DNA of 64,000 bases, taken from NCBI GenBank assembly GCA_023957015.1, contig JAMLHR010000011.1, forward strand, positions 2,838 through 66,837. The letters are read 5' to 3'. Shown piece by piece: positions 9,660 to 19,232 of the stretch. The DNA comes from Thermomicrobiales bacterium. Lineage in GTDB: Bacteria > Chloroflexota > Chloroflexia > Thermomicrobiales > UBA6265. Each line of letters opens with the position of its first letter. Positions within the stretch are counted from its first letter, which is position 1. A program made the position numbers and the translations under genes. Under the pieces are notes generated by a model. It was given only the letters and a program-made list of their open reading frames with translations. It did not search any database and had not been told where the DNA came from.

Positions 9660-9893
9660 TTTCGCAGGTACTAATAGGGGTATGGAAATGGTGACATTAT
9701 CTATCAACACTGAATAACCAATATTAGGCCTTAATAGTCGAATAGATCGTCTATCTCCATTGATGTTCACAGTGAAATTCGTTCATCCAGACTTCCCATT
9801 GTGAACATAATGTTAAATCGGTATACTGCGTATCAGGAACCATCAGGCGATGGATTCCGATTCGCAGACCGAAGGATGTCAGGAGTAGACGTC

Positions 9894-10445
9894 ATGAAGA
9901 GCAGCGTTATCCGCTTCACCGGGGCTGTCGCTATCGCCGCGACACTCGCATTACCCGCATTTGGGGCTTCAGCCCAACGCTGGGACAACGAACCAACTGC
10001 ATTTCTCTATCGCACAACCTGCGAGGAAGCATCCGGTTCAAACAATGCCACTGAGATCGCGGAACTCGAGGACGATCGCATCACCTTGCGCCGCGTTTGG
10101 AATGAGATCGGTGTTGGTGGCGATCGCCCGGCCGGTATGTGGGGCGAGATCGATGATATCGATCACCTCGGCAACGTGCAATCGCTGGTGAATGGCGATT
10201 TCGCGGTCGTCGTGCATCAGGATGATTCTCGCCGCTCGCCGATTCTGGCCTGCGTGGATGTCGAGGGTACAGTCACTCCCGAAGGCACACTTCTGCTTGA
10301 CATTGCCCAGGTTGACAATAGCGGCATGGAAGGCCGCGTGTTGATCCGACAGGTTGAGCGCGAGCCAGATGAGCTTGAGTTCGTTGTTGGCATCTGGAAT
10401 GCCGGTGCCGTGCCGCCGGTGGCCGAGGCAACACCCGCGAGTTAG
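9894..10445 (+). CDS. Hypothetical secreted protein
   Basis: AGGAG RBS before the ATG at 9894. Signal peptide MKSSVIRFTGAVAIAATLALPAFGASA. No family recognised. Confidence 0.55.
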   Translation: MKSSVIRFTGAVAIAATLALPAFGASAQRWDNEPTAFLYRTTCEEASGSNNATEIAELEDDRITLRRVWNEIGVGGDRPAGMWGEIDDIDHLGNVQSLVNGDFAVVVHQDDSRRSPILACVDVEGTVTPEGTLLLDIAQVDNSGMEGRVLIRQVEREPDELEFVVGIWNAGAVPPVAEATPAS

Positions 10446-10496
10446 AGCGGGTTCCCGATGTATTGTCGGTAGCAGGGGAGACAAGCTCCCCTTCGA

Positions 10497-10526
10497 GCCG
10501 CCTCTCGAGGGCAGATGAACTGCCCT
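10497..10526 (+). repeat. Dispersed hairpin repeat, family A (GAGGGCAG-N6-CTGCCCTGCTACCTATC)
   Basis: The same motif is found at 21956, 50211, 55427 and, inverted, at 52549. Confidence 0.8.
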
Positions 10527-10544
10527 GCTACCTATCAACGGGTG

Positions 10545-10571
10545 ACACCCAGGCCGAAATGGCCTGGGTGT
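10545..10571. terminator. GC-rich hairpin ACACCCAGGCC-gaaat-GGCCTGGGTGT between convergent genes
   Basis: 11-bp stem. A near-identical CCCAGGCC...GGCCTGGG hairpin recurs at 17762-17792. Confidence 0.5.
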
Positions 10572-10598
10572 TCCTGTTGTTCCTGGCAGTCCCCATCC

Positions 10599-11669
10599 CT
10601 ACTCGTCCCAGTTCAAACTGGCCCCACGGCGGTAATCGGTGACCCGGCTCTCGAAGAAGTTCTTCTCTTTGCCGAGATCAATCGTCTCACTCATCCACGG
10701 GAACGGATTACCCGCGTTGTATTGTCGCAGCAAACCGATGCGTTCCAGCCGACGGTCGGCGATGTACTCCACATACTCCTCAAACAGGGCGGCGTTCAAT
10801 CCGAGCACACCATGGGGAAGACAATCGCGAGCGTAGGCTTTCTCCAGTTCAACCGACTGCGCGATGAGCGCACTCATCCGATCCTGGAACTCCAGCGTCC
10901 AGACCCGCGGATTCTCTTCCTTAATACCGTTGATCAGATCGATACCGAAATTGAGGTGAATCGTTTCATCTCGCAGGATGTACTGGAACTGTTCGCCGAT
11001 ACCCTTCATCAGGTTCTGACGATGGAAGCTCAGCACCATCGCGAAACCGGCGTAGAAGAAGATACCTTCCATGATGACGTAGAAGCCGATGAGGTTCTCC
11101 AGGAACTTCTGGGTACCGGCATCGCCATCGGTGGTGAAGTTCGGATCGAGAATATCGACCGTCAACTGCATCTCGAACTCATCCTTATCGCGGATGGACG
11201 GGATCTCGTTGTACATACCGAAGATTTCGCGCTCATCCAGGCCCAGACTCTCCACGATGTAATGGAAGGTGTGGGTGTGGATGGCTTCCTCGAACGCCTG
11301 CCGTAGCAGGTACTGTCGACATTCAGCATTGGTGACGTAACGAAAGATTGCCAACGAGATATTGTTCGCCACCAGGCTCTCAGCGGTGGAGAAGAAGCCG
11401 AGATTCCGCATGATCACCAGGCGATCATCATCGCTGAGGCGATTGCTCTTCCAGAGGGCGATATCCTCACCCATCGGGACCTCGGTCGGCATCCAATGGT
11501 TGTCACAACCATTGAGATAGTGCTCCCAGGCCCAATGGTATTTGAGTGGCATCAACTGATTGACATCGACGGCTTCGCAATTGATGAGGCGTTTTTGCTC
11601 GGCGCTGGATACAGCGGCTCGCGGTGCGGCCTCGACGCCAAGGAGAAGGGTGGATTTGGTATCTGTCAT
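10599..11669 (-). CDS. nrdB: Ribonucleoside-diphosphate reductase beta subunit (class I, di-iron ferritin-like)
   Basis: RNR small-subunit signatures ([25 protein letters not shown]). Located downstream of nrdA. Confidence 0.93.
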   Translation of the reverse strand: MTDTKSTLLLGVEAAPRAAVSSAEQKRLINCEAVDVNQLMPLKYHWAWEHYLNGCDNHWMPTEVPMGEDIALWKSNRLSDDDRLVIMRNLGFFSTAESLVANNISLAIFRYVTNAECRQYLLRQAFEEAIHTHTFHYIVESLGLDEREIFGMYNEIPSIRDKDEFEMQLTVDILDPNFTTDGDAGTQKFLENLIGFYVIMEGIFFYAGFAMVLSFHRQNLMKGIGEQFQYILRDETIHLNFGIDLINGIKEENPRVWTLEFQDRMSALIAQSVELEKAYARDCLPHGVLGLNAALFEEYVEYIADRRLERIGLLRQYNAGNPFPWMSETIDLGKEKNFFESRVTDYRRGASLNWDE

Positions 11670-11914
11670 ATCTTGACCTCATTCGTCCGGTAGCGTGACC
11701 CCTTGTGGGTCACTCAACGTGTCACCCACAGCCGACGGCGGCCGAGCGTGAAGCGCGAGCAGCAAAGCGTGCCCCGGGGTGACGCTACCCGTGATTTGCG
11801 TTGTGCAGACAAACTCCCCAAGGCACAGGGCTTTAGAGTTATTGGCACGCCTCGCATTCAAACTCGTCCTCGACGGGAAGACTGCTATTCAGTTCCATCG
11901 CCCGGCGGACAACC

Positions 11915-14707
11915 TCATCCCCGGGGGGTAAACCCCGAGGCCACGGAAGGTGAGGTCGGTTGATCATCATCGCGCTGGACGCTCACGCGGGCACTGGCGC
12001 TGGCGTGCTTCATCCAACGCGGCTGCAGACCGAACCTGTTGATATCGATCGTGCTCTTCTCGTTCTGGGTCGCACCACGACTGCGCAGGTAGTAGGTCGT
12101 CTTCAGACCGCTCAGCCATGCCTGCATATACATATCATTCAGGCGCTTACCGTTCGGCTCGGCGATGTACAGGTTCAGGCTCTGGCCCTGATCGATCCAT
12201 TTCTGTCGACGTGCTGCTGCCTCGATCAGCCATTCCGGCTCAATCTCGAACGCGGTTGGATACGCCATGCGGATGTGCTCCGGAATGCGCTCAATGGCGG
12301 CAATCGAACCATCCCAATACTTGAGTTCGGCCAGCATATCGTCATCCCACAGATCTTGGGCTTCCAAATCGGCGATCAACGACTCGTTGACGATGGTGAA
12401 CTCGCCGCTAAGGTTGCTCTTCACAAACAGGTTGGTGAAAAGCGGTTCGATACTCTGGGTCACGCCCTGAATGTTGGCTATCGTTGCGGTCGGCGCGATC
12501 GCCATGGTGTTGCTGTTGCGCATACCGTGCTGCCTGATCGCAGCCCGCACAGGTTGCCAGTCAAGACGGGTATCGCGGTTGACTTCGACCGGACTCTGGC
12601 GCTGGGCATCGACAAGTTCCAACGAATCAATCGGGAGGATATCGCGATCCCACTTACTTCCAGGGTAACTGCTGTAGGTACCGCGCTCGCCTGCTAATTT
12701 CGCGCTGGCAATGATTGCGTGCCAGCTAATCAGCTCCATGCTGGTATCAGCGAACTCCATCGCCTCCGCACTGGCGTAGCTGATACCCAACTGCCACAGG
12801 CAATCCTGGAAGCCCATCATACCGATACCAACCGGACGATGCTTCTGGTTCGCGTTCTCGGCTTCTGGAATCGGATAGAAATTGATGTCGATGACGTTAT
12901 CGAGCATGCGCATCGCTGTGGTCACGGATGCACCCAGCATCTCGCGATCCAGCTGGCCGTCAACCATATGGGTCGGCAGATTGATGCTGGCGAGGTTGCA
13001 GACCGCTACCTCATCGATGCTGGTGTTCAGCAGGATCTCCGTGCAGAGATTGGAGTTGTGCACCACCCCGGCGTGATCCTGCGGACTGCGGAGATTGCTC
13101 GGATCCTTGAATGTCAGCCATGGGTGACCAGTCTCGAACGTCGCACTGAGGATACGTCTCCAGAGCTCAACGGCGGGCATGGCTCGACTGTTCGGGATCA
13201 GACCGTTTGCGGCATCACGCTCATATTCCTCATAGCGAACCCGGAATGCATCGCCATAGAGGTGGTGCAGATCCGGCACATCGCTAGGGCTGAACAGCGT
13301 CCAATTGCCGTTTGCCTGCACGCGCTCCATGAACAGATCCGGAACCCAGGCCGCGGTATGCATATCGTGCGTACGACGGCGATCATCGCCGGAGTTTTTA
13401 CGCAGGTCGAGGAACTCAAGGATATCTGAGTGCCATACCTCCAGATACGCCGCGACGGCCCCTTTACGCTTGCCACCCTGATTGACGGCAACAGCGGCAT
13501 CATTGACCACCTTCAGGAAGGGCACGATGCCATGACTTTGGCCGTTGGTACCATGAATGCGACTCCCAAGCGCGCGAACATTCGTCCAGTCGTTACCGAG
13601 ACCACCGCTCCATTTGCTGAGCAGGGCGTTGTCCGAAACCGACTTAAAGATATGCGCGAGATCATCCTCAACCGATGTAAGGAAGCAGCTACTGAGTTGC
13701 GGATGGCGCGTACCAGCATTGAACAGCGTTGGACTGGAACTGCAGACACGAAAGGTGCTGAGCATCTCGTAGAACTCAATCGCGCGATCATCACGCTCGG
13801 CTGGCTTTTCGGCCAGCGCGAGACCCATGGCAACACGCATCCAGAACGCCTGCGGCAACTCAATCCGGCGCTGCCGGTGATGGATGAGGTAGCGATCATA
13901 GAGCGTCTGCAAGCCGAGATAGCGGAACTTCAGATCGCGTTCCGGCTTCAGGGCAGCGGCGAGCTTGGACAGATTGAAGCCAAGCATCTCTGGTGCGAGC
14001 AGTTCCTGCTCGACACCGAAGGGGATGTTCTTGACGAACGTATCGGCATAGAACGTCTCGGCATCGCGAACGCCGACACGGCGTCCAACAACATCCGAGT
14101 AAACGGTACGCAGCAGGGCGCGAGCGGTAAATGTACCGTAGACAAGACGGCGCTCGATGCGAGCGCGACCAGCCAGCACGATGGCGCGATCAAGCTCGGC
14201 GAGCTTCATCCCATCGCGAATACTGGCCATGACCTCACGCTCGATATCGTCGCGGTCGATCTCTGGTCCAACCTCACCGGCGGCGTCCTCGAGCCACTCG
14301 CGAATGACGGAGCGATTGACCAGCATCTCGTTGTCATCGGCATCCTTGAGACGGATCGTCGCACCTTGGCGCGCTCGGGCGCGGGCATCGCGGTAGAGGA
14401 TGTATCTGCGAGCAACGGTGTGTGCGCCCGCAATCATCAATTGCTGCTCGACGATATCCTGAATCGCTTCAACGTCGACCGCATTCTCGGCATCAACAAT
14501 CTCAGGAAGACGGGCTTCGACGGCATCGGCCACGGCCTCGATCCGATTGGCCTCACCGGCATCGAGTGCATCCGGGAACGGCACACCCAGCTCGGCGCGC
14601 CAGGCCATTTCGATCGCATGAGCGATTCGATCACGCGTGTATGCAACCACGCGTCCATCTCGTTTGCGAACGGATTGCACCGCCGCTGCCGTAAGCACCC
14701 CTGCCAT
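11915..14707 (-). CDS. nrdA: Ribonucleoside-diphosphate reductase alpha subunit (class Ia, N-terminal ATP-cone)
   Basis: ATP-cone VRKRDGRVVAYTRDRIAHAIE and active-site region SNLCTEI...VCNLASINL. The ATG at 14707 is chosen as the start, because the upstream 89 codons of the ORF overlap the riboswitch and look non-coding. Confidence 0.93.
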   Translation of the reverse strand: MAGVLTAAAVQSVRKRDGRVVAYTRDRIAHAIEMAWRAELGVPFPDALDAGEANRIEAVADAVEARLPEIVDAENAVDVEAIQDIVEQQLMIAGAHTVARRYILYRDARARARQGATIRLKDADDNEMLVNRSVIREWLEDAAGEVGPEIDRDDIEREVMASIRDGMKLAELDRAIVLAGRARIERRLVYGTFTARALLRTVYSDVVGRRVGVRDAETFYADTFVKNIPFGVEQELLAPEMLGFNLSKLAAALKPERDLKFRYLGLQTLYDRYLIHHRQRRIELPQAFWMRVAMGLALAEKPAERDDRAIEFYEMLSTFRVCSSSPTLFNAGTRHPQLSSCFLTSVEDDLAHIFKSVSDNALLSKWSGGLGNDWTNVRALGSRIHGTNGQSHGIVPFLKVVNDAAVAVNQGGKRKGAVAAYLEVWHSDILEFLDLRKNSGDDRRRTHDMHTAAWVPDLFMERVQANGNWTLFSPSDVPDLHHLYGDAFRVRYEEYERDAANGLIPNSRAMPAVELWRRILSATFETGHPWLTFKDPSNLRSPQDHAGVVHNSNLCTEILLNTSIDEVAVCNLASINLPTHMVDGQLDREMLGASVTTAMRMLDNVIDINFYPIPEAENANQKHRPVGIGMMGFQDCLWQLGISYASAEAMEFADTSMELISWHAIIASAKLAGERGTYSSYPGSKWDRDILPIDSLELVDAQRQSPVEVNRDTRLDWQPVRAAIRQHGMRNSNTMAIAPTATIANIQGVTQSIEPLFTNLFVKSNLSGEFTIVNESLIADLEAQDLWDDDMLAELKYWDGSIAAIERIPEHIRMAYPTAFEIEPEWLIEAAARRQKWIDQGQSLNLYIAEPNGKRLNDMYMQAWLSGLKTTYYLRSRGATQNEKSTIDINRFGLQPRWMKHASASARVSVQRDDDQPTSPSVASGFTPRG

Positions 14708-14904
14708 CTTGAGATCCTCTAAGAATCGCCAATCATGTGGCGATGACACAGGAACCCGGCACCCCGGCTGCGAACGTACCTGATCGATTGAGGGTATGAA
14801 ACAACGTGGCGGCGAGCCATTGGGGAGAAAACGAATATCCCCGAAAAAGCTCAACACCACGATCCCGCCCTCGAGGATCGATGGTTCAGCACATGGCGTT
14901 GCGC

Positions 14905-15078
14905 CATGTGGTTCGGCAGGTCTCCGGGCTTTGGGGTCTCTCCGACTTCCGTCGGGGGTTCCTCCCCTCGTCACCTTCCCGGCTGATTCACAGCCAGTGG
15001 CATACGTACGAGGATCGTTCCCACATTACCGTCGCGGGGCGGCTCCGGATTTACACCGGATTCCCTTCTTTCGCCGAT
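14905..15078 (-). promoter_or_regulatory. Cobalamin (B12) riboswitch in the nrdAB leader
   Basis: The minus strand reads GAAAGAAGGGAATCCGGTGTAAATCCGGAGC...CGCGACGGTAA...TATGCCACTGGCTG...GGGAAGG...AAGCCCGGAGACCTGCC. All core cobalamin-riboswitch blocks, including the B12 box GCCACTG, are present in the canonical order. Confidence 0.88.
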
Positions 15079-15079
15079 A

Positions 15080-15127
15080 CCACAACATGTAGTGGTATCG
15101 GACCGAAGCACCCACAGCATAGGTGGT
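15080..15127. promoter_or_regulatory. Candidate tandem NrdR boxes (CCACAACATGTAGTGG and a weaker CCACAGCATAGGTGGT), centres ~32 bp apart
   Basis: Box 1 matches 12 of 16 positions of the remembered NrdR consensus acaCwAtATaTwGtgt. It sits inside a perfect 10-bp inverted repeat, CCGATACCAC-N8-GTGGTATCGG. Box 2 matches about 9 of 16. Confidence 0.4.
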
Positions 15128-15434
15128 TGGTGGAATGCGTGTCAAGCGCCTGCAAAGGATCAGATAACGGAGTTGGCGTGGTCTATCGCTCATGCTCGCA
15201 AGAGCGGATTGTCGCTACTGTGCATAGCCTCAACTCCCGTTCTGCCCACATCTTGTGGCTCAGCGTCCTCGCTCACCACCAGATCATGTGCGGGTTGACA
15301 CCTTCAATCCCGAGTACGAGACTAGGCATATCGCCCGTTCCCCGGGCGGCCCAATTCACGAATCTGCCACCCTCGGCAGATTTGCCTTCACACACTTTTC
15401 GGATGTCCGGAAAGGTACGCTCACGGAGTAGTGC

Positions 15435-17726
15435 ATGGCCACGTCAACGATATCCGGGTATCCCCGGATAGGCGGTAATCGCGAACTTAAGAAAGCACTG
15501 GAACAGTACTGGAGCGGCAGGATCGCCGAGCCGGACTTGCTATCCGTTGCAGCCAACATTCGCGTCACCAATCTCACCACCCAACGCAACGCCGGTATCG
15601 ATCTGGTACCTGTCAACGATTTCTCCTTCTACGATCAGGTGCTGGATACCACCGCGCTCGTCGGCAACGTCCCCGCCCGGTACGGCTGGAGCGGCGACAC
15701 CGTCGATCTCGAGACCTATTTCGCCATGGCACGCGGTCGTACTGGCGAGAACGACATCGCCGCGATGGAGATGACCAAGTGGTTCGATACGAACTACCAC
15801 TACATCGTGCCGGAGTTCAGCAGCGAGACGACGTTCACGCTTTCATCGACCAAACCGTTCGACGCCCTCGCCGAAGCTCAGGCTGCTGGTGTGGATGCCA
15901 AGGTCGTGCTGCTCGGTCCGGTTACCTACCTGCTTCTGGGAAAATCAGACGATGATGCCTTCGCACCGCTGAGCCTGCTCGACAGGCTCCTGCCTGTCTA
16001 CGAGGAAGTCCTCAGCAAGCTGGCAGCGCAGGGTGCTGGCTGGATTCAGCTCGATGAGCCGATTCTGGTCACTGGCGTCGATGCAGCAACGATCATCGCG
16101 CTCAAGTCGGCTTACGCGCGTCTCAAGGATGCTGCTGGCAACGCGAAGATCATCGTCAATACCTACTTCGACCACGTGGCCGATATCTACCAGGATCTCG
16201 TGAATCTCCCGGTTGACGGGTTCGGCTTCGATTTCGTCCGCGGTGGTGCCACACTCAATGCGATGCAGGAGCACGGCTTCCCGGCGGGCAAGACGCTGGT
16301 GGCGGGTGTGGTCGATGGTCGCAATGTCTGGCGCAATGATCTTCGTACCAGCCTTAGTTTGTTGCAAGCGATCGGAAATACGGCACCGGAAGCCGTGATC
16401 CAAGTGAGCTCCTCCTGCTCCCTCCAACATGTGCCGATTACGATCGAGCGCGAAAAGCAGCTCGACGATGAGGTGAAGAGTTGGCTGGCATTCGCCAATG
16501 AGAAGCTGACGGAGATTGCCATCCTGACCAGGGGTTTAACCGAGGGAGAAGATGCCATCGCCGCCGAACTCGCCGCCAGCGATGCTCTCCAGCAAGCCTC
16601 GGCGGCCTCCACGCGTCGGTTCAATCCAACCGTGCGGCAGCGCGTTGCTACGCTGACACCAGCAGACGCTGACCGTGGCCTCTCCGCCGCCCAACGCGCC
16701 GAGATCCAAACCAGGCGCCTTAACCTGCCGCTGCTACCGACAACGACAATCGGCTCCTTCCCCCAGGTGCCAGAACTCCGGGCCGAACGACTGAAGTTCG
16801 ATAAGGGCGAGATCAGCCAAGAGGAGTATGAGGCCTTCCTGGAGCAGGAGATCCGCGATGTGATCGATCTGCAGGAAAACCTCGGTATCGATGTTCTGGT
16901 GCACGGTGAGCCCGAGCGCAACGACATGGTGCAGTACTTCGGCGAGCAGCTGGATGGCTTTGCTTTCACCCGCTATGGCTGGGTGCAGAGCTATGGCAGT
17001 CGCTATGTGCGTCCGCCGTTGATCTTCGGCGATGTCAGCCGTCCACATCCGATGACGGTGCGCTGGGCGACCTTCGCCCAGAGCCTGAGCGACAAGCCAG
17101 TGAAGGGCATGCTGACGGGGCCGGTCACGATCCTCAACTGGAGCTTTGTCCGCGACGATCAGCCACGGAGCGACACCTGCCTGCAGATCGCATTAGCGAT
17201 CCGCGATGAGGTTGTCGATCTTGAGACCGCAGGTATCGCGATCATCCAGATCGACGAAGCCGCACTACGCGAAGGCCTGCCACTACGACGCGAGAATTGG
17301 CAGCACTATCTCGATTGGGCAGTCAACAGTTTCCGTATCACCGCCAGCGGTGTGAAACCAGAGACGCAGATTCACACGCATATGTGCTACTCGGAGTTCG
17401 GCGATATCTTCCAGGCGATCAGCGATCTGGATGCCGATGTGATCTCGATCGAGAACGCTCGCTCCGGTCTGGAGCTGCTGGAGACGTTCCGGAGCGAGGG
17501 GTACGACAAGGGGATTGGTCCGGGTGTCTATGACATCCACAGTCCACGCGTTCCGCCAACCGAGGAGATCGTGGACAACCTCCATCGCACGCTGACCGTA
17601 TTGGATGTGAAACAGGTCTGGGTGAATCCGGATTGCGGTCTGAAGACACGCAAGTCGCCGGAAACCACCGCAGCCCTGACCAATATGGTCGATGCGGCAC
17701 GCAAGGTGCGAGAGACAATCTCTTAA
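15435..17726 (+). CDS. metE: Cobalamin-independent methionine synthase (5-methyltetrahydropteroyltriglutamate-homocysteine S-methyltransferase)
   Basis: 763 aa with the two-barrel MetE architecture. N-terminus ISGYPRIGGNRELKKALE. C-terminal Zn-site region HTHMCYSEF...NPDCGLKTR. Confidence 0.95.
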   Translation: MATSTISGYPRIGGNRELKKALEQYWSGRIAEPDLLSVAANIRVTNLTTQRNAGIDLVPVNDFSFYDQVLDTTALVGNVPARYGWSGDTVDLETYFAMARGRTGENDIAAMEMTKWFDTNYHYIVPEFSSETTFTLSSTKPFDALAEAQAAGVDAKVVLLGPVTYLLLGKSDDDAFAPLSLLDRLLPVYEEVLSKLAAQGAGWIQLDEPILVTGVDAATIIALKSAYARLKDAAGNAKIIVNTYFDHVADIYQDLVNLPVDGFGFDFVRGGATLNAMQEHGFPAGKTLVAGVVDGRNVWRNDLRTSLSLLQAIGNTAPEAVIQVSSSCSLQHVPITIEREKQLDDEVKSWLAFANEKLTEIAILTRGLTEGEDAIAAELAASDALQQASAASTRRFNPTVRQRVATLTPADADRGLSAAQRAEIQTRRLNLPLLPTTTIGSFPQVPELRAERLKFDKGEISQEEYEAFLEQEIRDVIDLQENLGIDVLVHGEPERNDMVQYFGEQLDGFAFTRYGWVQSYGSRYVRPPLIFGDVSRPHPMTVRWATFAQSLSDKPVKGMLTGPVTILNWSFVRDDQPRSDTCLQIALAIRDEVVDLETAGIAIIQIDEAALREGLPLRRENWQHYLDWAVNSFRITASGVKPETQIHTHMCYSEFGDIFQAISDLDADVISIENARSGLELLETFRSEGYDKGIGPGVYDIHSPRVPPTEEIVDNLHRTLTVLDVKQVWVNPDCGLKTRKSPETTAALTNMVDAARKVRETIS

Positions 17727-17761
17727 CCGGCCGCATTCAGACAAACGCATATCGGTGATGG

Positions 17762-17792
17762 GGAACCCAGGCCACGAGATGGCCTGGGTTCT
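17762..17792. terminator. Bidirectional hairpin GGAACCCAGGCC-acgagat-GGCCTGGGTTC between convergent metE and the sensor kinase gene
   Basis: Read directly in the sequence. 11-12 bp GC-rich stem. Confidence 0.55.
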
Positions 17793-17831
17793 CTGCCCTT
17801 GATGATTCGACTCACACCGCATCTATCGAGA

Positions 17832-19232
17832 CTATCTGGTCATTGGTTTGGGAAGCTGCACGGTGAAGACCGATCCGCTCTCCGGTGATGACTCCAGGCT
17901 GATGGAACCACTATGCGCCTCTGTGATCGATTTCGCGATCGAGAGACCAAGTCCGGCACCCACCGAACCACCCTTCACCCGCATCCGCGATTCGCTCCCA
18001 CGCCAGAAGCGATCAAACGCGTGCGCGACCGCCTGATCGTCCATTCCCGGTCCGGCATCACGCACGACCAGAGTGACGCCCGTATTGTTCGACGTAACGG
18101 CCAGTGAGACCTGGCTGGTGGCGGGTGTGTGGGCAAGCGCGTTCGAGACCAACACACCCACCAACTGCGTCAACTGGGCGGGATCTCCAGTCACAACGGC
18201 GGGGGAAACGGACTCCATCACCACCACCTCGCGCTGTGGTTGCACCGCTCGCGCATCCATGGCGGCATCCAGAACAATCTGCATCAAATTCACCCGTTCG
18301 TGCCGCATTTCGGGGTGCTCATCCAGACGACTCAGCGTCAGCAGATCCTGCACCATCGCACCCATACGGGAGGACTCCGACGATAATCGACGCACGACAT
18401 CGTCGAGCTGATCGGGTTCCCGGAACGCACCCTGTTGATAGAGATCGAGATACCCCTGAATCGATGTCAGCGGTGTTCGCAACTCGTGCGAAGCATCACC
18501 AATGAACTGACGCAGGCGCTGCTCGGTTTCATCGCGTTCGTCCAACATCAGGTTGAATGCGTGCCCCAACTTACCAGCCTCGATCGCAGCATCGGTCACC
18601 TCAACGCGCTGCGTGGTATTGCCAGCGGCAATCGCTTCGGCGACGGCGGTAACCCGGGCGATCGGCTGCAATCCCAAACGATGCACCCAGAATCCGGCCA
18701 GAACAATCACCGTGGCAATCACCGCACCAGCAATCACAAAGGTCTGCCGAACCTGATCCAGCGTGATATCGATATCGCGCAGCGACTGCATCGCCACCAC
18801 CACGCCCTGTTGATCACCGACACCGTGCGTCAGCACGCGATACCGTTCGCCACTGCTTTCCCCGCTGATCGTGCTGAACACGCGACCCGCATCTCCGAGA
18901 TTGCTATCGGCGAACCGGGAGAAGTCGATATCGGTCGAATCCAGATTCCCGGCCACCAATGGTTGGATGACGCCGTCAGCAGTCACGAAGACGATATAGA
19001 AATCGGAATAGGGATTCTCGATCTCGGTACTCGTCTCAGGTTGCTGGGGCGGAGTATCGTTGCCAAACCGATTACCGGGCGGCGAGCCTGCGGTAACTGG
19101 CAGTGAAATCAATCGGGCATCGACCTGGGATATCAGCTCGGACTCCAGAGAGCGCACGACCAGAGTCGCCGCAATCAAATACGTCGCGGTCAGCACTGTG
19201 ATCACCAAGAGGAGTCTGGCGCGCAAACTCAC
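17832..19232 (-). CDS. Sensor histidine kinase (2 TM, HAMP, HisKA, HATPase_c)
   Basis: H-box SHELRTPLTSIQGY, N-box LVSNALAHT and G-box DAGPGM...GLGLSIAKSI. Confidence 0.92.
   Translation of the reverse strand: MSLRARLLLVITVLTATYLIAATLVVRSLESELISQVDARLISLPVTAGSPPGNRFGNDTPPQQPETSTEIENPYSDFYIVFVTADGVIQPLVAGNLDSTDIDFSRFADSNLGDAGRVFSTISGESSGERYRVLTHGVGDQQGVVVAMQSLRDIDITLDQVRQTFVIAGAVIATVIVLAGFWVHRLGLQPIARVTAVAEAIAAGNTTQRVEVTDAAIEAGKLGHAFNLMLDERDETEQRLRQFIGDASHELRTPLTSIQGYLDLYQQGAFREPDQLDDVVRRLSSESSRMGAMVQDLLTLSRLDEHPEMRHERVNLMQIVLDAAMDARAVQPQREVVVMESVSPAVVTGDPAQLTQLVGVLVSNALAHTPATSQVSLAVTSNNTGVTLVVRDAGPGMDDQAVAHAFDRFWRGSESRMRVKGGSVGAGLGLSIAKSITEAHSGSISLESSPESGSVFTVQLPKPMTR

Noticed and set aside
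11915-14707. The unusually long NrdA (930 aa) might harbour an intein.
   Set aside because: The translation reads as continuous RNR sequence through the usual insertion hot-spots. No Cys/Ser...His-Asn splice-junction blocks or homing-endonuclease motifs were seen. The extra length is explained by the N-terminal ATP-cone region.
14708-14974. N-terminal 89-codon extension of the nrdA ORF. Analogous extensions exist for CotH (21449-21901), the M20 peptidase (61537-61680), the MalY-like gene (36325-36438) and the SBP5 gene (26516-26554).
   Set aside because: The extensions overlap the cobalamin riboswitch, the tandem repeats or promoter regions. They lack homology-like sequence. Internal ATG codons with an RBS give N-termini that match the families (ATP-cone, Tat signal and so on).
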